Source: Promethearchaeota archaeon
GTDB lineage: Archaea > Asgardarchaeota > Heimdallarchaeia > Hodarchaeales > Hodarchaeaceae
Length of the DNA stretch: 64,000 nucleotides
Assembly (NCBI GenBank): GCA_048938105.1
Contig: JBHLMN010000002.1
Coordinates: 192,001 to 256,000, forward strand
Direction of reading: 5' to 3'
The translations under genes and the position numbers were made by a program. Below the pieces are notes generated by a model. It saw only the letters and a program-made list of their open reading frames with translations. It was not told where the DNA came from and ran no database searches. How positions within the stretch are numbered: position 1 is the first letter of the stretch; each line of letters begins with the position of its first letter. This document shows, piece after piece, positions 1 through 9,852 of this stretch.

Positions 1-316
1 GGGAAGAGAATGAGGAAAGAATTGACAAGTCTTAATTCGCTGCTTAACGCTTTACAGGATACCATATACTTTGAACGAGGTATCTTATAATATTAAGCCA
101 AATGAAAAATTTAAACACAATTTAACGGCGGTCAGTGTAAAATTAGGAATTCCTTTAATTGAAATTTTGACTAAAATTTCAGTGAGTACTAGTTTTGACG
201 CTGTTTTTAAGTCGATAACAGAATTAATTATTGATGAGATTCCTTTTATTTCAAAGGTTTTCTTTTATCTTGTAGATCATGAAATTGAAATTATTCAGTG
301 TATAGGGGATATATAA
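1..316 (+). pseudogene. Truncated, diverged copy of the upstream region and 5' end of the histidine kinase gene at 1559
   Basis: 1-309 aligns without gaps to 1501-1809 (about 40 mismatches, about 87% identity). The ATG at 1559 corresponds to ATA at 59, and the frame stops at 314-316 just after the similarity ends. Confidence 0.8.
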
Positions 317-440
317 TCTGATTAAAACGAAATTATATTCTTTATAGTAAAATAAACTTTGGATATTAAGGATTTGACTGGATTCTATCCTTAATTTCTC
401 AAGCATACTTAATTAAATTCTCACCATTTATCTTCAATAA

Positions 441-1016
441 TTATGACTCAATTGGTTTATAAAACTTATTTAGCCAATTTGCACTTATTAAACAGATAAT
501 CCCGATGAACATTATTACCAAGAGGTATATATTGAGGACAGGCGGATACCAAGTACTTGCAAAAAAGGTTCCAACTATCCATGGTTCTTGAATCATTATT
601 ACGATCATGAGTAACCATTCCATAACAATTGAAATAATGGTTAACATGGATAACCACCAAAGGATGGAAAAATTCTCTTTCTTCAAGAACTCAACTATCG
701 CAAGAATTAGTACTAGAATTCCTAGCAGAACCATACTCCAACCTGGGATTGCGAGATAATCAATTTGGTCTTTAATATGAAAATTCTCAAAATAATATCT
801 TATATATCCAGATTCATGAATGTAGTACGAGTCAAAGAAATAAGAAAATTTGAGAGTATATGAATAATCCCCCCCTCCCCAATGCCATTCACTCCGTTCG
901 AAAAAAGGAATTATTTTAGCTGCAGGGATTATCACACATGTGATAAAAAATCCGATAAATAGTAAGAAGCGAAATAGAGGCCCTGTTTTTTGGTCCAGAG
1001 TCAGTTGAAAAAACAT
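441..1016 (-). CDS. Hypothetical integral membrane protein (about 4 TM helices)
   Basis: 191-aa ORF with four hydrophobic segments and an aromatic-rich loop. Confidence 0.65.
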   Translation of the reverse strand: MFFQLTLDQKTGPLFRFLLFIGFFITCVIIPAAKIIPFFERSEWHWGGGDYSYTLKFSYFFDSYYIHESGYIRYYFENFHIKDQIDYLAIPGWSMVLLGILVLILAIVEFLKKENFSILWWLSMLTIISIVMEWLLMIVIMIQEPWIVGTFFASTWYPPVLNIYLLVIMFIGIICLISANWLNKFYKPIES

Positions 1017-1280
1017 TGGATTTCTCCCTAACCATCACTTACTGTATGTGAATTCATCTTATATGTAGTTATTAAATTTTATACTGAAGACCCTAATAAG
1101 TTTTACGTATATCTTTCTGTTCACGAATCCAGTTTTCTGATCAGATAATCAGATACAGTCCTGATTTAGAAACTATCTATAATTCTCATGGAATTTAGTT
1201 AAAATTCTCTATTTTTTAGTTTATATTCTGGAGATATTTCTCCAATTAGTTAAAGTGACAAGGTTTCATTGTAATAAAAG

Positions 1281-1433
1281 TATGAAATCATAAATGTGGA
1301 TGTGAATGGGGCGTATAACATTCTGAAAAAAGCATTCCTGAACGCTGTTAATGCTGACAGGATAGAGGCTGTTGTTACATCCTACACGATGGAGGTTAGC
1401 TGCGGCAACGGGCTAGTTGATGACCTCGCGTGA
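1281..1433 (+). mobile_element. tnpB: IS200/IS605-family tnpB 3' remnant, including the likely omegaRNA region
   Basis: Reads IINVDVNGAYNILKKAFLNAVNADRIEAV and then, after a frameshift, LHPTRWR. This matches the TnpB C-terminal RuvC-III motif (NADVNGAYNI..KA.P...DRIE..GLHP). A GCAA-tetraloop hairpin follows at 1394-1418. Confidence 0.75.
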
Positions 1434-1558
1434 ATAAAATTAAATAATATATTTTCATCAATTTTGATAACTTGATGTGTTTGAATTAATATGTTTAAAT
1501 GGGAAGAGAGTTAGTGAAGAATTGACATGTCATATTCCGCTGCTTAACACTTTACAGG

Positions 1559-3763
1559 ATGCCGTACACTTTGGATGAGGTATCTCACAGTATAAAACCA
1601 AGTGGAAAATTTAAGCGTAATTTATCAGCGGTCAGTGTCAAATTAGGAATTCCCTTAATTAAAATTTTGACCAAAATATCAGTGAGTACTAGTTTTGATG
1701 CTGTTTTTAAATCGATAACAGAATTAATTATTGGTGAGATTCCTTTTGTTTCAAAGGTATACTTTTACCTTGTGGATCATGAAATTGAGATTATTCAGTG
1801 TATAGGGGAAGTGGATACCAATTTAAAATTCATATCTGGCAATGAAAATAGATCTGGGATCGAAATTATTCAAGATTTTCATCGAGGTATCTTGGGAAAG
1901 ACTGTACAAACAAAAAAACTTACATCCTCATATTCAGCCACTTCAAGTCAATCCCAAATAGATAATCTTGACAAAAACGAAATTTGTATCCCTATAAAGT
2001 TCGAGAATGAAATCATTGGCATATTACACATAAAAAGGCAGAATATGCAAAGATTCACTGATGAGGATCAAGAAAAATTAATTTTTATCTCTAACGCGCT
2101 TGGAGGTTTTATTAAGTCGAAGCTTTTAACCTATCAGCTTCAACGATCTAAAAATAATATTCTGAAAGCAAAAATTGACTTAGAAGAATTAAATGAATTT
2201 CAGGAAGAAATTTTTAGATCAATAGATGAGGGTTTGATTCTAGAAGATGAGAATTTTCGAATCCTCTACCTGAATCCTAAGGCTGAAGATGAATTAGGAT
2301 ATACTACTGAAGAGTTGAAAAATAAAAGTTATGCGACAATAGTTAGTGATAATGCAATCTTTAAAGTGCACACTGAAACCAAGAAACAAAAAATGGGGAT
2401 CCGTAGTTCATATCGAGCAGAATTACTTAAGAAAGATGAGACAACACTTCCAGTTTTAATTCAAGCTGCACCGTTTTATAGGGAAGGGCATTTTAAAGGA
2501 GTAATGCTTGCATTTACAAATCTGAGTCCTATTATAAAAATAGAAGAAGAAATCTTGGAATTAAAAGAGTATCATCAAGCAATTTTGAATAACTTACCAA
2601 TTGGTATAATTGGTATTAATATAGATAAACGAATTGGGTATATCAATAATTATCTACAACAATTGATTGGGGTAATAGTGCTAGGAGATCATATGAATGA
2701 TATTTTTTTAAAGCATTTCAAAGGTCTTGCTTCAACATCAATATTACACCTCATGGAGGAGAGTTTCGACGAAAGAAGTAGTTTTCATTCAAATGAAATC
2801 CCATTAACTATAAAAAAGAAAAAGATCATAGTAAATATCTCATTTACACCTTTATTTGGCTATTCAGATGAATTTATTGGAGCAGCGTTAGTGATTGAAG
2901 ATGATACTGCGATTTATACTCTTATTGATAGATTAAAAGAAACAACCAAAGCATTAGAAGACAGACAAGACCGACTTATACGTGAGACTCAACAAAAGAC
3001 TGAGTTTCAACATAAACTCATCAAGCGAACTAAGGCATTAAGACAAAAACATATTGAAATGGAAAGTTTTGTATACTCTATTAGTCATGACTTGAAGGCT
3101 CCTATTGTTTCCATCCAAGGATATATCCAAGCTCTCTTGGAGGATCTCGGAAATTCCCTAAATTCAGAGATAAATTTCTATATTGATAGAATCAAGAAGA
3201 ATACTGACTATGCTAAACGGTTAATTCTAGATATTTTAGAATACAGTAGACTGGGTCAGGATACAATTGCCATTCAAGAAGTTTTATCCTTAGAAATCAT
3301 CCATAGTGCAGTTAATGCAATAAAATCCAAAGTAGGGTTCGAGAATTTCGAAATTAACATTAACCCAGCAATTTATCCTAAAATTAAGTGTCAACCTGAA
3401 AGAATTCATCAAGTGTTTGTAAATCTGATAGATAATGCCCTAAAATACAAAGATAATACAAAAGAGAAATCTCATCTAGATATATTCCTTGAAGAAGAGG
3501 AAGGTTTTTATATTTTCGTATTTCAAGATAATGGAATAGGAATTCCAGATAATCAACGTGATAGAATCTTTATTATGTTCGAACGAGGTCATGAGTACTC
3601 ATCAGACATAATTGAAGGAAGTGGAATTGGATTAGCATTCTCTAAAAAAATAATTGAGATCCATAATGGTCGTATTACTGTTGATAGCCAAGTCGGAATT
3701 GGATCTACTTTTCGAGTTTGGCTTCCAAAACGACCTAGTTTCCAAAAAGATAGGTTATTTTAA
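1559..3763 (+). CDS. GAF-PAS-PAS sensor histidine kinase
   Basis: GAF (EICIPIKFENEIIGILHI), two PAS domains, H-box SISHDLKAP, N-box NLIDNALKY, G1 DNGIGI, G2 GSGIGLA. Confidence 0.93.
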   Translation: MPYTLDEVSHSIKPSGKFKRNLSAVSVKLGIPLIKILTKISVSTSFDAVFKSITELIIGEIPFVSKVYFYLVDHEIEIIQCIGEVDTNLKFISGNENRSGIEIIQDFHRGILGKTVQTKKLTSSYSATSSQSQIDNLDKNEICIPIKFENEIIGILHIKRQNMQRFTDEDQEKLIFISNALGGFIKSKLLTYQLQRSKNNILKAKIDLEELNEFQEEIFRSIDEGLILEDENFRILYLNPKAEDELGYTTEELKNKSYATIVSDNAIFKVHTETKKQKMGIRSSYRAELLKKDETTLPVLIQAAPFYREGHFKGVMLAFTNLSPIIKIEEEILELKEYHQAILNNLPIGIIGINIDKRIGYINNYLQQLIGVIVLGDHMNDIFLKHFKGLASTSILHLMEESFDERSSFHSNEIPLTIKKKKIIVNISFTPLFGYSDEFIGAALVIEDDTAIYTLIDRLKETTKALEDRQDRLIRETQQKTEFQHKLIKRTKALRQKHIEMESFVYSISHDLKAPIVSIQGYIQALLEDLGNSLNSEINFYIDRIKKNTDYAKRLILDILEYSRLGQDTIAIQEVLSLEIIHSAVNAIKSKVGFENFEININPAIYPKIKCQPERIHQVFVNLIDNALKYKDNTKEKSHLDIFLEEEEGFYIFVFQDNGIGIPDNQRDRIFIMFERGHEYSSDIIEGSGIGLAFSKKIIEIHNGRITVDSQVGIGSTFRVWLPKRPSFQKDRLF

Positions 3764-3840
3764 CATTTTTTATAATTTATTTACGATTATAAATTAAATA
3801 GCTCTGGAATAATAAAGTATATAAGAAAATAATACGTAGA

Positions 3841-5277
3841 TTGGTATGTTCTTACAGAAATGAGGGCCTTATTGTGGAAAATGAGTTGAATTTTTCAGTC
3901 TTTGTTCAGGAGCATCTTAAAGGCAGGTCGTCAACTGAACGCGAAGCACTCGCGTTAGCTATAGGGTTTAATCCTCAGTTAGAGAGAAAATTTAAGCTAA
4001 AACAGTTGAAAGACGCTGGAAAGAGCCAGGACTTGATAATAAAACGGGCTGCTCTAACTGGACTAGCATTTTCATCAGTCCAAGATTCTAAAGGAGGAAA
4101 AGAGCAGAAAAAAACGTTAAAAGACTCTCTAAATGATCCCTTAACAACAATAAAGATGACTGCAGCAATAGCTATAGGAATAAATAGTTTCTTCTCTAAC
4201 AATAAAAAAATCCAAAAAAAAAGCTATAATGAATTTAAGAAAAAGATCAAAAAAGCTGATCATTTTGTAAAGCAAGGATATGCAGTTGGTTTAGGCCTTC
4301 TGGCGAAATTTCAAGATACGCAGAAAGATAGTCTTAAAGCAATTTTAGAAGCTTACAATCCAGGAGAAATGGGGAGTCCAGACAATTATTTAGTGGGACT
4401 CACACTGGCAGCTATCAACGCTGAAAGAGCAGAAGAGGGGTTTGACTTTATTTCTGAATCAATCATTCCCAACTTATCAAACAAGGAGAGTCGCAGAATT
4501 GCAATGATGTGTGCTGCTTTCTTGCTTCCGTTGATCTCTGATCCAGGAATTAGAGTGGGAAAACTTGAAAAAATAATAAAAAGAGGTATAGAGTTCCATT
4601 CGAAGTTCGGAACAGATTCAGCACTAATTCTAACCTATTTATCACTTCTTAATGATGAGAAACAGAAAGAAAATTTCCACATTCGCTTATTAGGACTTAA
4701 GGATCTAGATCCTGATTATGAACAGATTTTCAACATTCTCAAGGAGAATAAAACAATCACAGATGTTTTAAAGGCGTTATTACAGTGTAATACTTTAGAT
4801 ATTAAAGCAGCAGGGATTACTGCGAGTTATTTTCTGGAAACTGAAAAGTCTCTTGCTGATTTAGGGGCATTCATTGAAGAAGGACTTCAACAACGGGGTT
4901 CTGGTTACTTTGATCGGTTTCTTGTGTTGTTAAGAGCATTCTCCTTCATTCTCATGCGTAGAGAGTATAATCGGGCAAAAGAGTTTGAAGCTTTTTTCTA
5001 TTCAAACGATCAACGGATAAAACGCTTTGCTGGCCTTTCTTATGCTTGTCTTCAAGCTTTGCAAGAAAACTTTCAAGATGTCTATACTAGATTAGAAAAT
5101 GAGATAGATGAACATGTCCGTTGGGGATTACTTGTTGGTATTTCTATCTATGAAAGTATTGGTAGAGATATATTAGAGGACGAATTGATTATTGGACTCT
5201 TATTGTTGTGTCTTGGTTTTATTGATGTGAGCACAATATTATTGCTTTCTCAAGCTATGATTTCAAAATTTTATTAA
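3841..5277 (+). CDS. Alpha-solenoid HEAT/PC (proteasome-cyclosome)-repeat-like protein; GTG at 3874 is an alternative start
   Basis: Recurrent small-residue helices: EREALALAIG, IKRAALTGLA, IKMTAAIAIG, HFVKQGYAVGLG, RIKRFAGLSYA, EHVRWGLLVGIS. Confidence 0.6.
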   Translation: MVCSYRNEGLIVENELNFSVFVQEHLKGRSSTEREALALAIGFNPQLERKFKLKQLKDAGKSQDLIIKRAALTGLAFSSVQDSKGGKEQKKTLKDSLNDPLTTIKMTAAIAIGINSFFSNNKKIQKKSYNEFKKKIKKADHFVKQGYAVGLGLLAKFQDTQKDSLKAILEAYNPGEMGSPDNYLVGLTLAAINAERAEEGFDFISESIIPNLSNKESRRIAMMCAAFLLPLISDPGIRVGKLEKIIKRGIEFHSKFGTDSALILTYLSLLNDEKQKENFHIRLLGLKDLDPDYEQIFNILKENKTITDVLKALLQCNTLDIKAAGITASYFLETEKSLADLGAFIEEGLQQRGSGYFDRFLVLLRAFSFILMRREYNRAKEFEAFFYSNDQRIKRFAGLSYACLQALQENFQDVYTRLENEIDEHVRWGLLVGISIYESIGRDILEDELIIGLLLLCLGFIDVSTILLLSQAMISKFY

Positions 5278-5287
5278 TAAATTATAG

Positions 5288-6772
5288 CTATAACCTAAGT
5301 CGCCAACGGTAATAATTAACCATATAACGAAAAGCTTGAACCATTCTAGCGGGGCTAGGGAAGATAGGATAGTCTTGTGACTCAAGAAATTGTATTGATG
5401 GCGAATTATGAGCTGTCAATAAAGTCGTTATCAGAATAGGTTTATTGTAACTTCGCGAGAGCTTGATAACTTCTTTAAAAAGATCTACTTCTAAATCAGA
5501 GATAAGATCAAGTTGATCTTTGTTCTCATCAAGAATGAAAGGGGATTTTTTCGCTAGATTTGCTAAATAAGCTATTCCTCCAACTCCCAAGAGAAATATA
5601 GCTTCAACCATAGGCATTTCATCAAAGATAATTTGGATAATTTCTTTAACATCGTTTAAGTTTAGTGAAGCAACGGTATCAATCGGATTTCCTTTCGACC
5701 AATATGGTGGGAGTAGCTGATCAATTTTCTTGTACGCATTTTCATTTAATGGAACTAGATTTATTCCCTGTCTTGAGCATTCGTCCGCTGCCATTACCCC
5801 CCAACCACCACCCCTTGTTAAAATAACAACTTTACCTCGTGGAAACTTCATTTCGGCCCATAGAGAAAAAACTAACACAAGGTCAAACATTTCGTCAAGG
5901 GAATCAACAAGTATCGCTCCTGCATTTTCTAGAATATTTCGAAAGACTTGGTCATCGCCAGTAATTGCTCCCGTATGCGAAAGGGCAGCACGACTACCAG
6001 CTGTTGTTCCTCCTGCTTTTAATATAATGACTGGCTTGTTCTTTGATATTTCTTTCACTAATTTCACAAATCGCCTCGGATTTTGTACCCCTTCGACATA
6101 AAAGCCAATAACTTTGGTTTGCGAGTCATATCTACCAAAATATTCTAAGTAATCAGCCATTGTTAGATCGGCCATATTACCAGCAGAGACATAGACATTA
6201 AGGCCGATTCCTCTTCTTGAAGCTACAGTTAATCCAATGGTACCAATATTTCCTGATTGGGATACAAAGGCCATTCCCCCTTGTTTCAAGCCCGTAACTG
6301 GCCACATAACAGCTGTTAAATTCACACGAGTTGAAACTACACCCATTCCATTAGGACCAATAATTCGAATGCTGTTCTGTTGAGCGTATGCAACTATTTT
6401 CTCCTCTAATTTACGCCCCTCTTCTCCTGATTCTCTAAAACCAGCAGAAATGATAACTACATGATGTACATTTCTCTGTTTTGCCTGTTCAAGAATCGAT
6501 AGGACAGATTTTGCGGGGATAATTATAATAACAAGGTCAAGTTGTACTTCTTTTGGAATGTCAAGAATTGATGGATAGGATTTATATCCTAGGATCTCTT
6601 CTCTCTTAGGATTAACAGGAAAAAATTGCCCAGTATAGTTATTCTGGACGATATTATGTGCAACAATAAACCCCCAACTTGAAATCTTGTCGCTAGCACC
6701 AACTAGGGCGATCGCTTGAGGTTCAAAGATTGGATTCAAATTCAGATCCTTGTCTAGATCCATATACATCAT
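5288..6772 (-). CDS. ADP-forming acyl-CoA synthetase alpha subunit (CoA-binding and ligase domains)
   Basis: IALVGAS, IISAGFRESG, RIIGPNGMG, SQSG, phospho-His motif AALSHTGA, GNPIDT. Confidence 0.9.
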   Translation of the reverse strand: MMYMDLDKDLNLNPIFEPQAIALVGASDKISSWGFIVAHNIVQNNYTGQFFPVNPKREEILGYKSYPSILDIPKEVQLDLVIIIIPAKSVLSILEQAKQRNVHHVVIISAGFRESGEEGRKLEEKIVAYAQQNSIRIIGPNGMGVVSTRVNLTAVMWPVTGLKQGGMAFVSQSGNIGTIGLTVASRRGIGLNVYVSAGNMADLTMADYLEYFGRYDSQTKVIGFYVEGVQNPRRFVKLVKEISKNKPVIILKAGGTTAGSRAALSHTGAITGDDQVFRNILENAGAILVDSLDEMFDLVLVFSLWAEMKFPRGKVVILTRGGGWGVMAADECSRQGINLVPLNENAYKKIDQLLPPYWSKGNPIDTVASLNLNDVKEIIQIIFDEMPMVEAIFLLGVGGIAYLANLAKKSPFILDENKDQLDLISDLEVDLFKEVIKLSRSYNKPILITTLLTAHNSPSIQFLESQDYPIFPSPARMVQAFRYMVNYYRWRLRL

Positions 6773-6901
6773 CCAACTGCTGGTTCATCATGGAAAAAGG
6801 CAGGTTTAAGGAAAAAATTCTGAAATAATAAAGATTCTTTTAAGATTCAGGGGAAGGCTTTTATGGTTATGAAATACTCACTTTTCAACAGGTGGACTTA
6901 A

Positions 6902-7357
6902 GTGCGGTTCTTGAAAACTGAAGAGCTAGAAGAAAGTTGGAAATCCCTCATCTATCCTCCTAAGCAATTAGGAGACGTGACTCTTGATCTAACAGTAAAA
7001 AAAATCCTTAGATTTAAAAATCAAGGAGTTCTAGATTTTGGGGGTAGTGAATATCATCCTGCAGACCTAGAACCACTATTACCAAAAATCGAAGATGATC
7101 CAAAGTATGGTTGGTGGAATCTCTCCAAAGGAGGTTATTTTGTAGAGTATAATGAGACTCTTCCCAAAACTAACAATTTAGTGTTGATTTATCCTCATCA
7201 GCGTCTTCTTATGACAGGATGTTTTCAAATACCTTTTATCTTCAGATACTCTGATGATTCTAAAGCGATTCAGGGATTATTGGTTGTTAATAAAGAGGGG
7301 GTTCGAATTAAAGAGAATGCTCGGATATCTACAGCAATCACAATCTTAATAGATTAA
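6902..7357 (+). CDS. dCTP deaminase/dUTPase-superfamily protein
   Basis: LDLTV...LDFGGSE...WWNLSKGGYFVEYNE...GVRIKENARIS pattern of short archaeal dCTP-deaminase-like proteins. Confidence 0.7.
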   Translation: MRFLKTEELEESWKSLIYPPKQLGDVTLDLTVKKILRFKNQGVLDFGGSEYHPADLEPLLPKIEDDPKYGWWNLSKGGYFVEYNETLPKTNNLVLIYPHQRLLMTGCFQIPFIFRYSDDSKAIQGLLVVNKEGVRIKENARISTAITILID

Positions 7358-7427
7358 AAGAACCTCCTAATCTCGGTAAGACCTCCTCTACTAAAGTAGC
7401 AATAGTACTGGAAGAGAAAAAAGGTCA

Positions 7428-8021
7428 CTATTCGTTAAATTCATCAATTTCTGGAATTTTCGTTCGAGCAATGCGGTCAAAAAACTCTAACTCATTGAAA
7501 TAACGGGTTGGCATAATTTGACCTCTCTTAAGCTTGAAGTAAATTTTCTGGCCTTGAAAGAAGTCATCACTTAGAACAATCAAGCCAGATTCCTTATTAT
7601 GAGACGAATTAAAGTCAGTTAAGTGTGTTGGAGACCACATTAGGGGTTTCGAATTAAGAATAATGTAACCTTTTGAGGGTATAATCTCGAAACCTAATAG
7701 CAAATCTTTCATAATCCATAATGGTATGGCAAACTGCTTATTTTCGAAAGATCCGAGGAGAGCAAGCTCAACTCTATCGGAATTAGAATCATTTGGATCA
7801 TATTTTCGAAGAATGAAACTAATTTCGCCATCTTGAAGAAAAACCTTTAGAAAGTTCCAGAAACAATTTTTACTCTGGATTCGATATATTTTTGCTGGAA
7901 GTTCAAAAAGATTGGCAAATGATGCCCCAAAATCGCCAATCTCGAACTCCACAATCCATTCTCGTTGTTCTAAATCCAGATAATCATTAATTGATTGTTG
8001 TTTCAGCTTTTTCTTCATCAT
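7428..8021 (-). CDS. Hypothetical protein
   Basis: 197-aa ORF with no motif I can firmly recognise. Confidence 0.6.
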   Translation of the reverse strand: MMKKKLKQQSINDYLDLEQREWIVEFEIGDFGASFANLFELPAKIYRIQSKNCFWNFLKVFLQDGEISFILRKYDPNDSNSDRVELALLGSFENKQFAIPLWIMKDLLLGFEIIPSKGYIILNSKPLMWSPTHLTDFNSSHNKESGLIVLSDDFFQGQKIYFKLKRGQIMPTRYFNELEFFDRIARTKIPEIDEFNE

Positions 8022-8129
8022 ATTTTCTCACTTTCACTATTCACTCTCAGAGTCCCTTTATATACACCCTAAAATTTTTGGAGGAAATTCTGAAAAGTAC
8101 ATTAAACTAATTAAATTGAGGATTAAAAA

Positions 8130-8918
8130 ATGGACTTTGAGCTTTATGAAAAAGTTGCGCTAGTAGCTGCTTCCAGTACAGGACTAGGAAAAGCAGTTGC
8201 CATAGGATTGGCAGAAGAGGGTGCTAATGTTATTATCTGTTCAAGAGATCCAAATAAACTAAAATTGGTACAACAAGAAATTCAAGAAAAGGAGAGAAGA
8301 TGTCTTGCTATTCCTACAGATCTAACTAATTATTCCCAGGTGCGAGACCTAGTGACTAAGAGTATAGAATATTTTGGGAAGATTGACATTTTGGTTACTA
8401 ACTGTGGCGGTCCTCCCTCTGGGGGTTTTTTGGATTTTCAAATAGAAGATTGGAACTTGGCAATTGATTTAAACCTTATGTCTACGATTTATTTATGCAA
8501 AGAAGTTATTCCATACATGATAAACCAAAATCGTGGACGAATCATTATGATAACTAGTGTTTCTGTAAAGCAACCTATACAAGGGCTTATTCTTTCAAAT
8601 GTTGCCCGAGCGGGAGTTGCTGGATTAGCAAAGAGTTTAAGTAATGAATTTGGAAGAAATAATATACTTGTGAATATAGTTTGTCCAGGATACACGCAAA
8701 CACAACGCGTTAATCAACTTGCTATAGATTTATCTGTTGAACAGGGATTGAAACCAGAAGAAATGATCCAAAAATGGGCAAAACTGAATGCTTTAGGACG
8801 GATAGCAACCCCCGAAGAATTTGCGAATGTAGTTGTATTTCTCGCGTCTGAAAGAGCCAGTCACTTAACAGGAACAGCTATTCAGATCGATGGAGGACTT
8901 GTAAAATCCCTCTTATGA
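8130..8918 (+). CDS. Short-chain dehydrogenase/reductase (3-oxoacyl reductase-like)
   Basis: AASSTGLG, NCGGP, SNVARAG (atypical SDR subfamily lacking YxxxK), VCPG, IQIDGG. Confidence 0.9.
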   Translation: MDFELYEKVALVAASSTGLGKAVAIGLAEEGANVIICSRDPNKLKLVQQEIQEKERRCLAIPTDLTNYSQVRDLVTKSIEYFGKIDILVTNCGGPPSGGFLDFQIEDWNLAIDLNLMSTIYLCKEVIPYMINQNRGRIIMITSVSVKQPIQGLILSNVARAGVAGLAKSLSNEFGRNNILVNIVCPGYTQTQRVNQLAIDLSVEQGLKPEEMIQKWAKLNALGRIATPEEFANVVVFLASERASHLTGTAIQIDGGLVKSLL

Positions 8919-8930
8919 AAGAAAATGGGG

Positions 8931-9698
8931 CTATTTAAATTTGGCTTTTCTTTTCTCCAAAAATGCAGAGACTCCTTCTTCCATATCCTCGTGAGAGAAA
9001 CAAAGTGAGAAAATATTTGCTTCCATTTGTATAGCATCAAGTAAAGCCATTTCTGCTCCACGATCGATAGCTTCCTTTGCTTGTGATAAGGCAAAACTTG
9101 GACCGCGAGCTAGTTTTTGAGCTAATTCAGCCACTGTTGAATCTAGGTCTTCTGGGCTAACTACTTTATTTACAAGGCCAATGGCGAAAGCTCTATCAGA
9201 GTCAATGTTGTTTCCAAGGAAAATCATTTCTTTAGCCACGGTCTTACCAACTAATCGAGGAAGGCGTTGTGTTCCACCAGCACCAGGAATAATACCCAAT
9301 TTTATCTCTGGTTGACCAAATAATGCTTTAGATGAAGCAATTCTTAAGTCACATGCCATGGCTAATTCACAACCCCCTCCTAAGCAAAAGCCATTAATGG
9401 CTGCGATCACAGGAATCTCAAGAAGTTCAATATTGTTTAAAGCTCGTTGCAATCTTAATGAAAATGATTTAATTTGAGCAGCTGTTTTTCCTCGAAATTC
9501 ATTTATGTCAGCACCAGCAATAAAAGCTCTTCCTGATCCTTTAAAAACTAGAACTCGAACCTTTTCAGTCTTTACCTTTTCAATAGCTTGATTTATTTCT
9601 TCTATAGTCTCTGTGTTGAGAGCATTAAGGGCTTTCTCTCGAATAAAGGTAACAGTAGCGATTCCTTCAGTCACTTCATAAGTTAGATTTTTATACAT
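8931..9698 (-). CDS. Enoyl-CoA hydratase (crotonase)
   Basis: ALNALN, AFIAGADI, GGGCELAMACD, GQPEIKLGIIPGAGGTQRL. Confidence 0.93.
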   Translation of the reverse strand: MYKNLTYEVTEGIATVTFIREKALNALNTETIEEINQAIEKVKTEKVRVLVFKGSGRAFIAGADINEFRGKTAAQIKSFSLRLQRALNNIELLEIPVIAAINGFCLGGGCELAMACDLRIASSKALFGQPEIKLGIIPGAGGTQRLPRLVGKTVAKEMIFLGNNIDSDRAFAIGLVNKVVSPEDLDSTVAELAQKLARGPSFALSQAKEAIDRGAEMALLDAIQMEANIFSLCFSHEDMEEGVSAFLEKRKAKFK

Positions 9699-9852
9699 GA
9701 TTTTTCCCTATAACTGATTTTGAGTGGTACCAAGCGCTTAAACATAAATGTTCAAATATTTTTGCATAAATAATCAGGATTCAGCAAACATTTAGTTATA
9801 TTCTAATCATTATTAAGAAACTGATAAAATCTACCTAAATTGAGTGGAAAAA

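Noticed and set aside
1499-1558. In-frame upstream ATG and TGA suggesting selenocysteine or readthrough extension of the kinase
   Set aside because: The extension has no recognisable motif, the duplicate copy has an extra TGA there, and I saw no SECIS-like element.
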